Origin: Eledone cirrhosa
Taxonomy: Eukaryota
Assembly: GCA_964016885.1 (NCBI GenBank)
Contig: OZ024746.1
Coordinates: 20,026,001-20,090,000, forward strand
Direction of reading: 5' to 3'
Length of the DNA stretch: 64,000 nucleotides
Part shown: piece by piece, positions 52,048 to 64,000 of the stretch
How the letters are laid out: the number at the start of each line of letters is the position of its first letter
Position numbering within the stretch: position 1 is the first letter of the stretch
The notes under the pieces: model-generated
Databases searched by the model: none
The model's input: only the letters and a program-made list of their open reading frames with translations
What the model was told of the DNA's origin: nothing
Program-made: the position numbers and the translations under genes

Positions 52048-52984
52048 CATAACACTGCCCAGTCATTACTTAATTAGAAACGGAAGTGGGTGTTATTTTT
52101 TCATACTATTTATTTATTATTGATTTTTGTTCCTACCTCTTAATTTTCAAGTTTGTCTTTTGTTTCGAGTACAGGAACAATATCTTTGTAACTTTTTCTA
52201 GTCACTTAAATCACTCACTCAATTCGTACTTGTCCTTCTTAAGAATAAAGCAGAGTGTCAAATAATGCCATTTCAATAAAATAAAAATTCCAGAGTTAGG
52301 ACTGCTAACACTTGTATAAATGTAATTTTCCTTTTAAAACGTCGCAAGGCTTAGAATGAGAAAGAGGAAAGTTTTGTTCTGGTCATAACGTAAACCTTCT
52401 TTTACATACAGATGACAGATGACTCTACAAAAGGAAATTCCTAAGCAAGATTTATAAGATTTTTTGTTACCATAGTTAACGTTCTAAAACGTAAAAGGGT
52501 GGGTGTATTGCTTGAGAAATAAGAACGCATAAATATAATGTATTATCTCATATAGATTGGATATTTAGAAAGCTAAATGAGTTATCACTTTGACTTCGGT
52601 GAAAATTCATTAGATTTATTGGTTGTTGTATAACAGTATTGAATTTATTTGCAGAAAAATTGGAATATTTTCAAGTAAATTTACTTGAGAAATAATTCAC
52701 AGCATGACTGAGCTAGCTGAAATTTGTTCTTCACAAAATGGATTTGAAATATATTCTAGACACATTATTAACAAAAATGGTGTGCTCATGCACGAAAATG
52801 CTATAAAATATATTATAAAATAGGGTGAAGACCCTTAAAAACGAAAAAAGAAGTTGCCATCGACTGTTATGAAAAAAAGAACCCCATATCTCCCAGATAC
52901 CAGCTAGATATGGGGTTTGATTCTTATTTTAACTTTATAATTATCAAAAAGCAAGCGAAGATCAGAGAAAAGAAGTAATCATTG

Positions 52985-53167
52985 TTGGGGGAGAGGAAAG
53001 TCGATTAAATCGACCCCAGTGCGTTACTGGTGTTTTATTTTATCGACCCCGTAAGGATGAAAAGCAAAGCTAACCTCAGCGGCATTTGAACTCAGAACGC
53101 AAAGGGCCATAACTCCATGCTACAAAGTATGGTGTCTGACGCTGTACCAATACTGCCAATCCACCGT
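52985..53167 (-). mobile_element. tRNA-derived SINE
   Basis: Family motifs including TACTGCCAATCCACCG. Confidence 0.85.
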
Positions 53168-53671
53168 TTTTATGTAAAAAAAATAATGCACACAGCAACG
53201 CATGTATGATATACAGCTACAGGTGTGTATGCAGGAATTCATATACATATATTGTTAAAAGAACTCGTGGTCTATTCCAATACCTGGTGTAGACAAAAAA
53301 ATCTGTTTGTTTTAGACATTCCATTTTTCTGAAAACCTTCTATATATATTTATATTTATATTTTTTCAACATGTCTTCTACTGGGACAAACAGACGGAGA
53401 TGTTAACAAGAAAGGGCATATCGTATTTGCCCGCCTACTTGACCCCCCCCCCCACACACACACAAAAATCCCCGCATCCAATGCGCCTGTATCACTGAAA
53501 AGAGGGTGAGGACAATCATTGTTAAAAACATTTAGTTTGTATTACTATTAATATTACTAATACAATAATACAATACAATTTATATAAGTAAAATGATGTC
53601 AAACTTATATAAGAGTTTCTGATAGAAATAAAACAAACAATTAAATGATTTTTAATAAATTTATGAAGAAA

Positions 53672-54698
53672 CTAGCATTAAAGCCCGGCGTTGCTCGGGG
53701 TCAGTAAGTTACCAAAGTTAGGTTGCACCACCCATTTTATGGCAGCACTTTTTTGTCTTCCAGGCACTGGGTGAATGAATTGCAGACCTGGACTGCCGAA
53801 GCAGGAGCTGCGCCAGTAGTGACAATTGTAGTTTCGCCTACGGATATCATCTTTGTGCAAAGAAGTATTGAAATTTATTGTTTCACAGTACTTGCGCAAC
53901 ACGCGCGTAGACGATGCCAGCCGAACAATAGAGCTGCGATGGAGTTGTTCTGCACGGTTGTCTAATGTGTGTTTTCTAAATTTAAGACAGTAGGGAGGGG
54001 TGTGATATGGGGGAGAGTTAGCTGCTGTTTCTAGCAGGTTTAGTGACCTCATAGAGGATATGTTTTCTAAATTTAAGACAGTAAGGGGTGGTGTGATATA
54101 GGGGAGAGTTAGCTGCTGTTTCTAGCAGGTTTAGTGACCTCATAGAGGATATTATTGTGTATAGTAAATGAACTGATACTTCTTTCTTCCACGTTCGTTG
54201 ATAGATGTTTTAAAAAAGATTTATCGCTATTTTTTTTGTTGTTGAATAAATTTATCTGTTACTTTTGAATAATTGTTGTTTCGTATGAAATGTAATAAGT
54301 TCTCTTTGTCATTGAAGTAAATAAATGTTTGACCGTTCCACACTCAAAAACAAACGTTCTCTCTCTCTCTCTCTCTCTCTCTTAATGTTTGTAAGTTTAA
54401 TCGTATATAAGAGAAAGTTGCAGCATGTATGTAGTTTTATCGAATTTTAAGGGGGGTAGAGAGAGGTAATCTGATTGTATTAGAGAGGTAAAGTGTCATC
54501 TATTTAGTTTTATCGATTATTTCAGTAATTGTGGGTGAGTTTGAATGAAATAAATAGTCGTTGACCTAAGTTAGACCATTTACAACATTCTTACAGACTT
54601 TGAGTCGAATCGGTTTGAAATTGTGCAAATGTATAAACATGGAACATGCACACACACACACACAACAACAACAACAACAACAATCTGCCTTTTATAGA
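53672..54698 (-). mobile_element. Non-autonomous Helitron-like element
   Basis: Minus strand starts A|TCTATAAAAGGCAG and ends CCCGAGCAACGCCGGGCTTTAATGCTAG|T. Contains a roughly 91-bp internal tandem duplication (53970-54151). Confidence 0.7.
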
Positions 54699-55164
54699 TA
54701 ATGATGATGTACTCAAATTATTTTTTCTCAAAATGTCCTTGTAAAACTAGGAGTGTCGTACGAAGGGACGTCCGATAGACCGGCAAAAACGGTGTATAAC
54801 ACTAGGTGTATCACCACAAAAAAAAGATGATGAAATCATTTTCAAATACATGAAAACGAATTTCAAGAAAGGATACAGAATTCCCAAAAAGATAAAGAGA
54901 AAGGAAATACAATTAAACAAACAGATAAACAAACTAGGAAACACAAACAGTATAAGTCGACAGCTAAAAATGTAACTTTGCACTCAAGAAGAACAACAAC
55001 AGCAGTAGCAACAACAGCAATACACAAACCAACTCGTTTCGAGAACATCTGAAAACGTAACTTTGCACAACAACCAGAGCAGCAGCAGCAGCAGCAGCAG
55101 CAGTGGCAAAAACAACAAGAACAACAAGAACAACAGCAACAACAACAGAACAACGAACAAGCCA

Positions 55165-56035
55165 GCTCATTTTGGGGCATGATGTTGCTCTATTTTTCCT
55201 CTACAACTTTTGTTTATCGTTTTTGATATTTCATTAAATTTTACCTCTTTTCAAACATATGACGATGGCGTATCAAGTAGACAAATATTTTTGACATCTG
55301 TTTCTCTTTACTTTCAATGAAGGTTCCAAAGCTGTCAAAGCTGCTCAGGGCATTTGTGTTGTGTATGGAGAAGGTGCACTTACTGAAAAGACTGCTTAGA
55401 ACATAGTTTTCACGCATCGCCACCAAGAATGAAAAATAGTGTCTTTACGTCAATGTAAAACAAAGGAAAGAATAGCTGAGTCCTGGATAAGCAGGCAACA
55501 CCTCGAGCCAACCCAGAACTGCATCCATATCCATACATAACAATGATCTATGTTAGGAGGGATTGGAAAGGGCTAACTCACTACGAAATGCCTGAAAGCA
55601 ATCACTTGGTCAATGCAGAGTTTTACCATCAACAAATGTACTAACTTAACAAGGGAATCAAGTTGAAACGATCCGACCAGCGACATAGTGTACTTCTTCA
55701 ACACGACGGCGCTTACCCTCATGTTGTTAATTTGAATAAAAATGCTTTTCAGAAGCTCGGTTGGGAAATTCTACCGCACCCGCCTTATTAAAGTACCTTC
55801 AGATTATCGCCTTTATCGGTCGTTTTCTAACAGTCTGTGAGGTGTTTCATTCAACAACGACGTGGAGCTGAAAACGTGTCTCGATGAATTCTTTGAGTCA
55901 AGACCCGGTGATTTCTACCGTCAAGGCATTGCTAGAAAGTCATGAACAATCAAAGAGAGTATATCGTTGATTGATTTGTTCAAATTCTTTATGAAAACTA
56001 AGGATTAAATTAAATGGAAAACAACGACCGAATTT
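55165..56035 (+). pseudogene. Decayed mariner (Mos1-like) transposase
   Basis: Frameshifted remnants ICVVYGEGALTEKTA, CLYVNVKQRKE, VLLQHDG, LGWEILPHPPY, PSDY, GVSFNNDVELKTCLDEFFESRPGDFYRQGI. Confidence 0.85.
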
Positions 56036-56187
56036 ATCGAATTTCGTGTATAAGGGTGGTGTTGCATAATAGTGATCCCATCCGATACATTGTAGTGTAA
56101 TTCATAAGCTCTGGCTTGTTCCATATTCTGTCAAAAATTATTCGACCTGAGACTTGCGTTAAGGGTGAAATACTTAGTTACTATAAG

Positions 56188-56541
56188 GCGTCTGTTTTGG
56201 CAGAGTCGTTAGAACATGGATAGAATACTTTGTGATATTCGTTCCGGCTTTCTTCTCTCTGAGTTCAAATCCTGCTGCAGTCAACTTTGCCTTTTATCAT
56301 TTAAAGGTCGATAAAATAAAGTACCAATCTAATACTGAGTCGATTATTCCCCTATATCTTTTTCTCATTTCCATTTTATTTTCACCTTCTATCCTTCTCT
56401 GGAAGATATCTACTGTATTCAGACTTGGAGAGGAGATGGGCTCCACCAAGATGGGAAAAAGAATGCCCAAGAAACGCTGTTTGCCACCTGGGCGCCCCTA
56501 CGATGCTAAAGGAGTCACAGAACCATACCATCATACCATAC
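56188..56541 (+). mobile_element. SINE plus a second repeat tail ending in (CCATA)n
   Basis: GAGTTCAAATCC B-box and Nin-like core; tail CCCCTACGATGCTAAAGGAGTCACAGAACCATACCATCATACCATAC. Confidence 0.65.
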
Positions 56542-57409
56542 TCAGTTACTTAGACGTTACTTTAACGACTAGATGCAAATCGTTGAAACCGACGGATGAT
56601 CCATCTTTCTTATAATCTTTGGCTCTTTTACTGCTCTGTCATTTAGGCTCCGGACATGCTGGGGTATTATGTGCTTAGTGCGTGTGTGTGGTGGTGGTGG
56701 GGAGTGTCGTTTGCTTGCAGAAATGCTTTGACAATATATCTACGCCCAACCGTTCACGTTTCAAATTCAGTTGAAACACAAACACAGGTCTGGTAACTGC
56801 ATACAGAATTTCACTTTTTCCAAACACGCCCGTTCAACAAAAACTAAGAACAAGCACGACTCTACCCACTAACGTTCATTAAAGACACGATAGTCAGATT
56901 AAATAATGATAGAAAACGTCTAAAGATAATGGAAAAAACATTCTGTTTAAAAGATATATTACTTTTATTTGTTATCAAGCTCTGAACTTCTTATCGCGCC
57001 AAGCGCATCGTTTCGATAGAATTTGTTAGTGACTCGACGTTGTCATGAAATATAAGTGTGCTTGTTCTTTTAATCATTGATACCCCAAAATAGCTGAGCA
57101 GAATATGAAAGCTACCTGTTTTGTAGGCCTTTAGTCTTCTTCTCAACTATGTTGTGTTCAGCTTTCGGCGCAGCCCTCAATTATTTTATCGTTGTTGTTG
57201 TTATTGTTGTTGCTGCTACTCAGAATTTAGCATGAAATAACTGCATATACACACGTATGGATATAGAGGCTTGTATATGTGCACATATAACTCAAACAAT
57301 ACAGATGTACACATGCAATAACATCGATACCTACACACACACGCATACACACACATACACATATATATGTATATGTGTGTATACACACACACACACATAT
57401 ATATATATG

Positions 57410-57501
<92 letters not shown>

Positions 57502-57570
57502 CCAATATATATATATATATATGTTATGGAATAGTGTGAGCTTCTCGCTACAACAATTTCTATACCTTTC

Positions 57571-57647
<77 letters not shown>

Positions 57648-57772
57648 CCATATTTCACGTTGCTCCTTCTACCTGGAGTTGCGACCGATAGATAGTATTA
57701 GCAATTGGAAAGACCAATGGAAACATTGTTTCCTCGGTCCGATTTGACGAAAGTCGATCGTTCCTATATAAG

Positions 57773-58183
<411 letters not shown>

Positions 58184-58331
58184 AGTACCACGACAGCTGA
58201 ACTAGCTGTCGAAACGGCCGGAGCTCAGCCGTCGGGGTCCTGACTCTTTTCCTAATACCCACTCTACTACCCATAGTATCGAGTACTCTGATGCATTATG
58301 GTCCACCTGGTTCCTGACCATACTTCCTTCG

Positions 58332-58387
<56 letters not shown>

Positions 58388-58841
58388 AATGTAGTCATAT
58401 CTGCTGCTGTTTCTGTTGTTGCTGTTGATGTTTAACTCCAAGTTAGTTTTAATCAAGTAGACTTCATCAAAACATTTCAACCACAAACCAGATGTATTTT
58501 TCCCATGTGTAGCGAACCCAAAGACCACATTATCGAATGTGGATTGAGGAACATTTAGGTGCTATTCCTACCATGTATATTGACCTGCTATACTGAGGAT
58601 CTCATGTTGTTTCGTGTTATTTAAAGTGCATATATAAATAACACTGTGATGTACTGTATACTGTATGTAGGTTAAAGTACAGCACTGTGGAATGTCTATT
58701 AGCCGTTTATAGGGGGATTAATTCGATATTCGGCCTTTTTCGACTTATGTTTTGACTTCTGGAACCATTTAACGACGTAGGGTGAAGTATATATTTTAGG
58801 TTCAAGTGACAGCTGTTTATTGATCTGTATTTTCATATTTC

Positions 58842-58888
<47 letters not shown>

Positions 58889-59489
58889 ATTACTGGAGTC
58901 CTATATTATCAATATACTTATCGTATTACTATCTCCATACGTACTTGTAAAAAAAGTCAGATTCTTTATGTATTTTGAGTAGTTAATCACCCTTGAATTA
59001 GAAAACAACAAAGGATGGAATAAATGATTTTGTCCCTCTATCGCAAGTATTGTCAAACATTTATTTGTAGCCTTGATACAATGAACAGAATCATAAAACC
59101 TGAGTGTAGTTAGTATAGAACCAACTGGATTTCATCTATCTATAATATGTAGATATTTCACATTTCTAGGGTATTATCTTGCCGGTATTATCAAGCCTGG
59201 CAATATATCGAAATTGATAAAGTACCATTGACAACCCATACAATATTGATATTAAAATAATTAATAGTTTCTATTTTTGTTGTGATTTATGAAGTTATAA
59301 AATGTCTAGCTAGTTTATTTGAGTTTGATTTCGATCTTGTCTCAGTGGTTTAGACATTTTATCGTTGGTTCTCATTTTAACATGTTCATTGAGAGAAATT
59401 TTGTTTCCACATCTAGCGGGCCAAATAACTTAGTATAGAAGTTCCTTCACTAGCTTTGAATTTTGGGTAATGATCGAAAGGATTTTGAG

Positions 59490-59985
59490 TAATTATGATT
59501 GCGAATACAAGCGGCCGAAATGGGCTACCTCCGGAAAGTCTGTGGAGTAACGTTACTTGATAGAGTGTGTAGTTCGGTGATCAGAGAGTCACTCCAGGTA
59601 GAGCAGCTACTTCTCCGAATTGAGAGATCACAGCTCTGATACTACGGGCATGTGGCTATAATGTCTCAGGAAAGAATCGCTGGACAGATTTTATTGGCAA
59701 AAAACCAACCGACAGGAGAGCCAGGGGATGACCCCGAGCAAGATGATTGGATAACATCCATGAGCTTGGCTGGTCTCGCTTGGGGAACCAACCGGATCAA
59801 TTGGAGACGGTTCCTTCTGATAGAGCCTGCTGGAAGGAGTGTTTGAGGACTCTTCCCCCCTACGACACTCTCAGGAAGAAGAAGAAGAAGAAGAAGAAGA
59901 AGAAGAAGAAGAAGAAGAAGAAGAAGAAGAAGAAGAAGAAGAAGAAAAAGAAAAAGAAGAAGAAGAAGAAGAAGAAGAAGAAGAT
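59490..59985 (+). mobile_element. RTE-clade LINE 3' end with (GAA)n tail
   Basis: Encodes LRIQAAEMGYLRKVCGVTLLDRVCSSVIRESLQVEQLLLRIERSQL*YYGHVAIM, the RTE C-terminal motifs. Confidence 0.85.
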
Positions 59986-60328
59986 AGAGTTTAAAGAAGA
60001 AGAAGAAGAAGAAGAAGAAGAAGAAGAAGAAGAAGAAAAAGAAAAAGAAAAAGAAGAAAAAGAAAAAGAAAAAGAAAAAGAAAAAGAAGAAGAAGAAGAA
60101 GATAGAGTTTAAAGAAGAAGAAGAAGAAGAAGAAGAAGAAGAAGAAGAAGAAGAAGAAGAAAAAGAAGAAGAAGAAGAAGAAAAAGAAAAAGAAGAAGAA
60201 GAAGAAGAAGAAGCTCAAGCTCCTGTTATTGAGGTTGCTACACGCATTGTTGCTGTAGTTAACCCCCAGATCAGTCATGATATAAAAGACATGAATAAAA
60301 GAATAAAAGCCGTTCCAGCCATAAACAT

Positions 60329-60410
<82 letters not shown>

Positions 60411-60793
60411 CCCCCCCCCCTCTCTCTCTCTCCTTACATTGTTTTTATTTAAAAGGGCGATGGGAGTGGAGATGCTAATCTAGCAGGTCGGGAGACAACG
60501 TAGACACTTTCTCGATGGATCGTAGGACAATGCAGGTGTATCTTTCGTTCTCTAACTGATCAGATTGCAATAGAAATGCACCGTAGCAAATATCACGCCA
60601 TGTAATGTGTCTTCACAATGCTAGGTGTTGACATATGTGCATTTATTAAAATGGAGAATATCAAGACAGTTGTTGTATTATGAAAATGATTAATCATTAT
60701 TCATGTCAACACCTACACGCATTCTGTTTAAACGAATCAGTGTACAAGTTTCTTCCAATTGTTGTTATTGTTATTGTTTACTTTTGTCGCTGA

Positions 60794-60847
<54 letters not shown>

Positions 60848-60849
60848 CT

Positions 60850-60891
<42 letters not shown>

Positions 60892-61098
60892 ACTCTACTA
60901 CTACTACCTCTACTACTACTACTACTACTACTACTAACTCTACTACTACTACTACTACTACAACTAACTCTACTACTACTACTACTACTACTAACTCTAC
61001 TACTACTACTACTACAACTAACTCTTCTACTACTACTACTACTACTACTACAACTAACTCTACTACTACTACTACTGTTGCTGCTGCTGCTGCGGTTT

Positions 61099-61130
<32 letters not shown>

Positions 61131-61137
61131 GCGGCTT

Positions 61138-61193
<56 letters not shown>

Positions 61194-61206
61194 GCTGCTG
61201 CGGCTT

Positions 61207-61262
<56 letters not shown>

Positions 61263-61272
61263 GCTGCGGTTT

Positions 61273-61322
<50 letters not shown>

Positions 61323-61370
61323 GCTGCTGCGGCTTCTACTACTATTGCTACCGTTGCTACTACTACTAAT
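60794..61370. repeat. (TAC)n compound microsatellite
   Basis: Direct reading. Confidence 0.95.
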
Positions 61371-61371
61371 A

Positions 61372-62100
61372 ATTATTTCATTTATTATTTCATTTATTGG
61401 CCACAAGGGCCGACATTTAGGGGACAATACAAAAGACTGGGACAGTGGGGTTTTACAGAAAAATCGAGTAAACAATATGAATAACAATAACAAAGTAACA
61501 AGAAAAACACAACAAGAAAAATTCCCCAATAGGGGGGATGAGCACCCAGGGTTCGCTCAGGTACCCCACCAATCCTGAACGACCCGACGCTTCGCTAGCA
61601 CCCTGGAAGGACACCCCTCTCCTCCTCAAATTTACCCACCTACAGCCGCATGACCAGAGTAGGCCCACTCACACGGCCCATTCTCGCCACATTCACCCAC
61701 CTTTCAGCAAATGTACTGGGGGGGGGGGGGGGGGCAGCACTTCTCTCTCCACCCTCACCTTCCTTTCCAAGTGAAACTTGAAAAAGTTGATGAGGGATTG
61801 GCCGAAGAGAAAAGTGTCTGTCTTCAGTCCTTTCAACCTCGTCCACCATACAACCTCTTTCGCTACTGCCACCAGACAGAGGAAAATTGCCTGCCTTTCC
61901 TGGCCAAAAGACGGCGGCGGGTCGATCTTCACTATGGACTCGGCCGATAGCCGTTTCCGTTCTACACGCGACAACAGCTGTTCGACATAACTCCACAAGT
62001 CAGTAATGCACAGACACTGGACGAGTGCGTGCAGAACGGTTTCGTCGCTCTGCGCGCGTCTCGGGCAGGTCCGTCTGACAGCACTTCCGTGCCTGTAGGC
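61372..62100 (-). mobile_element. Tx1/L1-group LINE 3' fragment
   Basis: CCHC-like TCPRRAQSDETVLHALVQC, then LWSYVEQLL...AVAKEVVWWTR...FAERW. The 3' UTR ends in AATAAATGAAAT next to (TAG)n. Confidence 0.75.
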
Positions 62101-62112
62101 TACTATTACTAA

Positions 62113-62410
62113 TAATTGTTTCTACTTTAATGGTTTCTTATATAGGCACAAGGCCAGCAATATTTGGGGAGGGTAAAGTCGATTAAATAGACCACAGTGC
62201 TGGACTGGTACTTTTATTTTATCGACCCCGTAAGGATGAAAAGCAAAGTTAACCTCGGCGGGATTTGAACTCAGACGATAAAGGGCCCTAACTCTATGCT
62301 GCAAAGCATGGCGTCCGACGCTCTACTGATACTGCCAAATACTGATTTTTGATTTAGACACAAGGCCAACAATTTGGGGGAGAGGAATATCGATTACATT
62401 GACCCCCGTA
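62113..62410 (-). mobile_element. SINE plus a partial second copy
   Basis: Family motifs. Confidence 0.8.
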
Positions 62411-62644
62411 CGTTAAGGAGACGAGATGGGGGGGGGGGCACGTTTAACTAACGGCGACCACACCTGTTCACCGTCAAAGAAAATCTGGAGATGTAGCCTC
62501 AGCATGTGTCTACGCACCATCAGCCACGGCGTGCCCAATCCTCCAATTAGCGGGTGTTGACAGCAGATCAATCGTCTGGTGCCACTTTGACAAGCTACGC
62601 AAGAAGAAGCACTCTAGTGCAGTCAGACGTGGACCAGGACAATT

Positions 62645-62814
62645 GGTGCTGGTTCTTGTGGTGGCGGTGGTGGTGGTGCTGTTGCTGGCGGTGGTGGTGG
62701 TGGTGCTGGTGGTGGTGGTGGTGGTGCTGGTGCTGGTACTGGTGGTGGTGGTGGTGGTGGTGGTGGTGCTGCTTGTGGTGGTGGTGGTGGTGCTTGTGGT
62801 GGTGGTGGTGGTGG

Positions 62815-62845
<31 letters not shown>

Positions 62846-62946
62846 GGTGGTACTGGTGGTGGTGCTGGTGGTGGTGGTTCTGGTGGTGGTGGTGCTGGTG
62901 CTGGTGCTGGTGGTGGTACTGGTGGTGGTGCTGGTGGTGGTGGTTC

Positions 62947-62977
<31 letters not shown>

Positions 62978-63219
62978 GGTGCTGGTTCTGGTGGTGGTGG
63001 TTTTGGTGGTGGTGCTGGTGCTGGTGCTGGTGGTGGTACTGGTGGTGGTGCTGGTGGTGGTGGTTCTGGTGGTGGTGGTGGTGGTGGTGCTGGTGCTGGT
63101 TCTGGTGGTGGTGCTGGTGGTGGTGGTGCTGGTGCTGGTGGTGGTGGTTCTGGTGGTGGTGGTACTGGTGGTGGTTCTGGTGGTGGTGGTACTGGTGGTG
63201 GTTCTGGTGGTGCTGGTTC

Positions 63220-63277
<58 letters not shown>

Positions 63278-63300
63278 GGTGGTAGTGGTGGTGGTGGTGG
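62645..63300. repeat. Degenerate (GGT)n trinucleotide array
   Basis: Direct reading. Confidence 0.9.
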
Positions 63301-63361
63301 CGATGGTGCAATGCCGGGAAACCACCTTTGTATTCTTATGTGACTTCTCACGCTGTAGTAA

Positions 63362-63411
<50 letters not shown>

Positions 63412-64000
63412 ATTGCTGTTGGTGGTGTTGTTGTCTTCTGCAGTGGACATTGAATTAAAATGTTGCCGTTCCATTCTTTGGACAGCCGGCTTTTTTTTTC
63501 TGCGAATATTTCATTATCCACCATGTTTTTCCAAAATAAAATGTGGGTGGCAGTGGTGGAGGGGAGTATTTGCAAATTAATTGCAGATGAATGAGGGTGT
63601 GGGGGTTAGGGGTGTTAAACAAAGAAGACACTTCAGAAATTTGTATGAAAATAATGGACATATAGTAAATATAGAACTTGTTTTTTGTTGTTGTTTTTTT
63701 AGAAGATGGAATATATATATTAGGTGGAGCTATTAAGTTACACATGGCCTGGGCCAATAATGGCCGAAACCTATCAAAGTTATCAAAGTTAAAGTCATAT
63801 AACTTTAATTATGTTAACTATATTTCACAAACAGAAGTTATACAATGATGGAAATATGAAAAAGAAAGATAAAAATAAAATTAAGTAATGAAAGAGAGGG
63901 AAGAGGTAAAGAAGGGCAGATCTGGCTGTAGAGGAAAGTAGAGGAAAGTAGAGGAAAGTAGAGGAAAGTAGAGGAAAGAAGTATAAATGCCACAAACGAG

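Noticed and set aside
51799-52123. ORFs spanning X residues
   Set aside because: Artefacts of the 200-N gap.
60703-61578. Poly-Leu/Thr/Ser ORFs
   Set aside because: Translations of the (TAC)n microsatellite.
62510-63474. Pro-, Thr-, Gly-, His- or Val-rich ORFs resembling extensin, mucin or glycine-rich proteins
   Set aside because: The (GGT)n array is open in essentially all frames, the variants show no synonymous bias, and the Gly frame has upstream stops and no start.

Overview
Eukaryotic, AT-rich, extremely microsatellite-dense genomic DNA. The repeat content suggests a mollusc, probably an octopus-like cephalopod (inference). One protein-coding gene is supported: a minus-strand classical AQP4/Drip-like aquaporin with five coding exons at 41491-41685, 6026-6213, 3721-3916, 2567-2647 and 1834-1942. 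All its splice sites are GT-AG with matching phases, intron 1 is about 35 kb, and the terminal exon was not found in the window. The rest is repeats: tRNA-derived SINEs, decayed LINEs (CRE, HERO, R4/Dong, RTE, CR1, Tx1), Tc1/mariner remnants, two non-autonomous Helitrons, satellites (5-, 7-, 24-, 43- and 70-bp units) and a 200-N gap. The most striking unannotated signal is a set of about 9 short non-coding elements from several unrelated families. Each carries a type I hammerhead ribozyme fold (CUGANGA / stem II / GAAA / tiny, often palindromic stem III / UH / stem I) and lies in or next to a (TA)n or other dinucleotide microsatellite. Most are also arranged as head-to-head inverted duplications. 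This resembles non-autonomous Penelope-like or retrozyme elements, and several copies lie in sense orientation in the aquaporin pre-mRNA. Almost all long ORFs in the supplied track are microsatellite artefacts.
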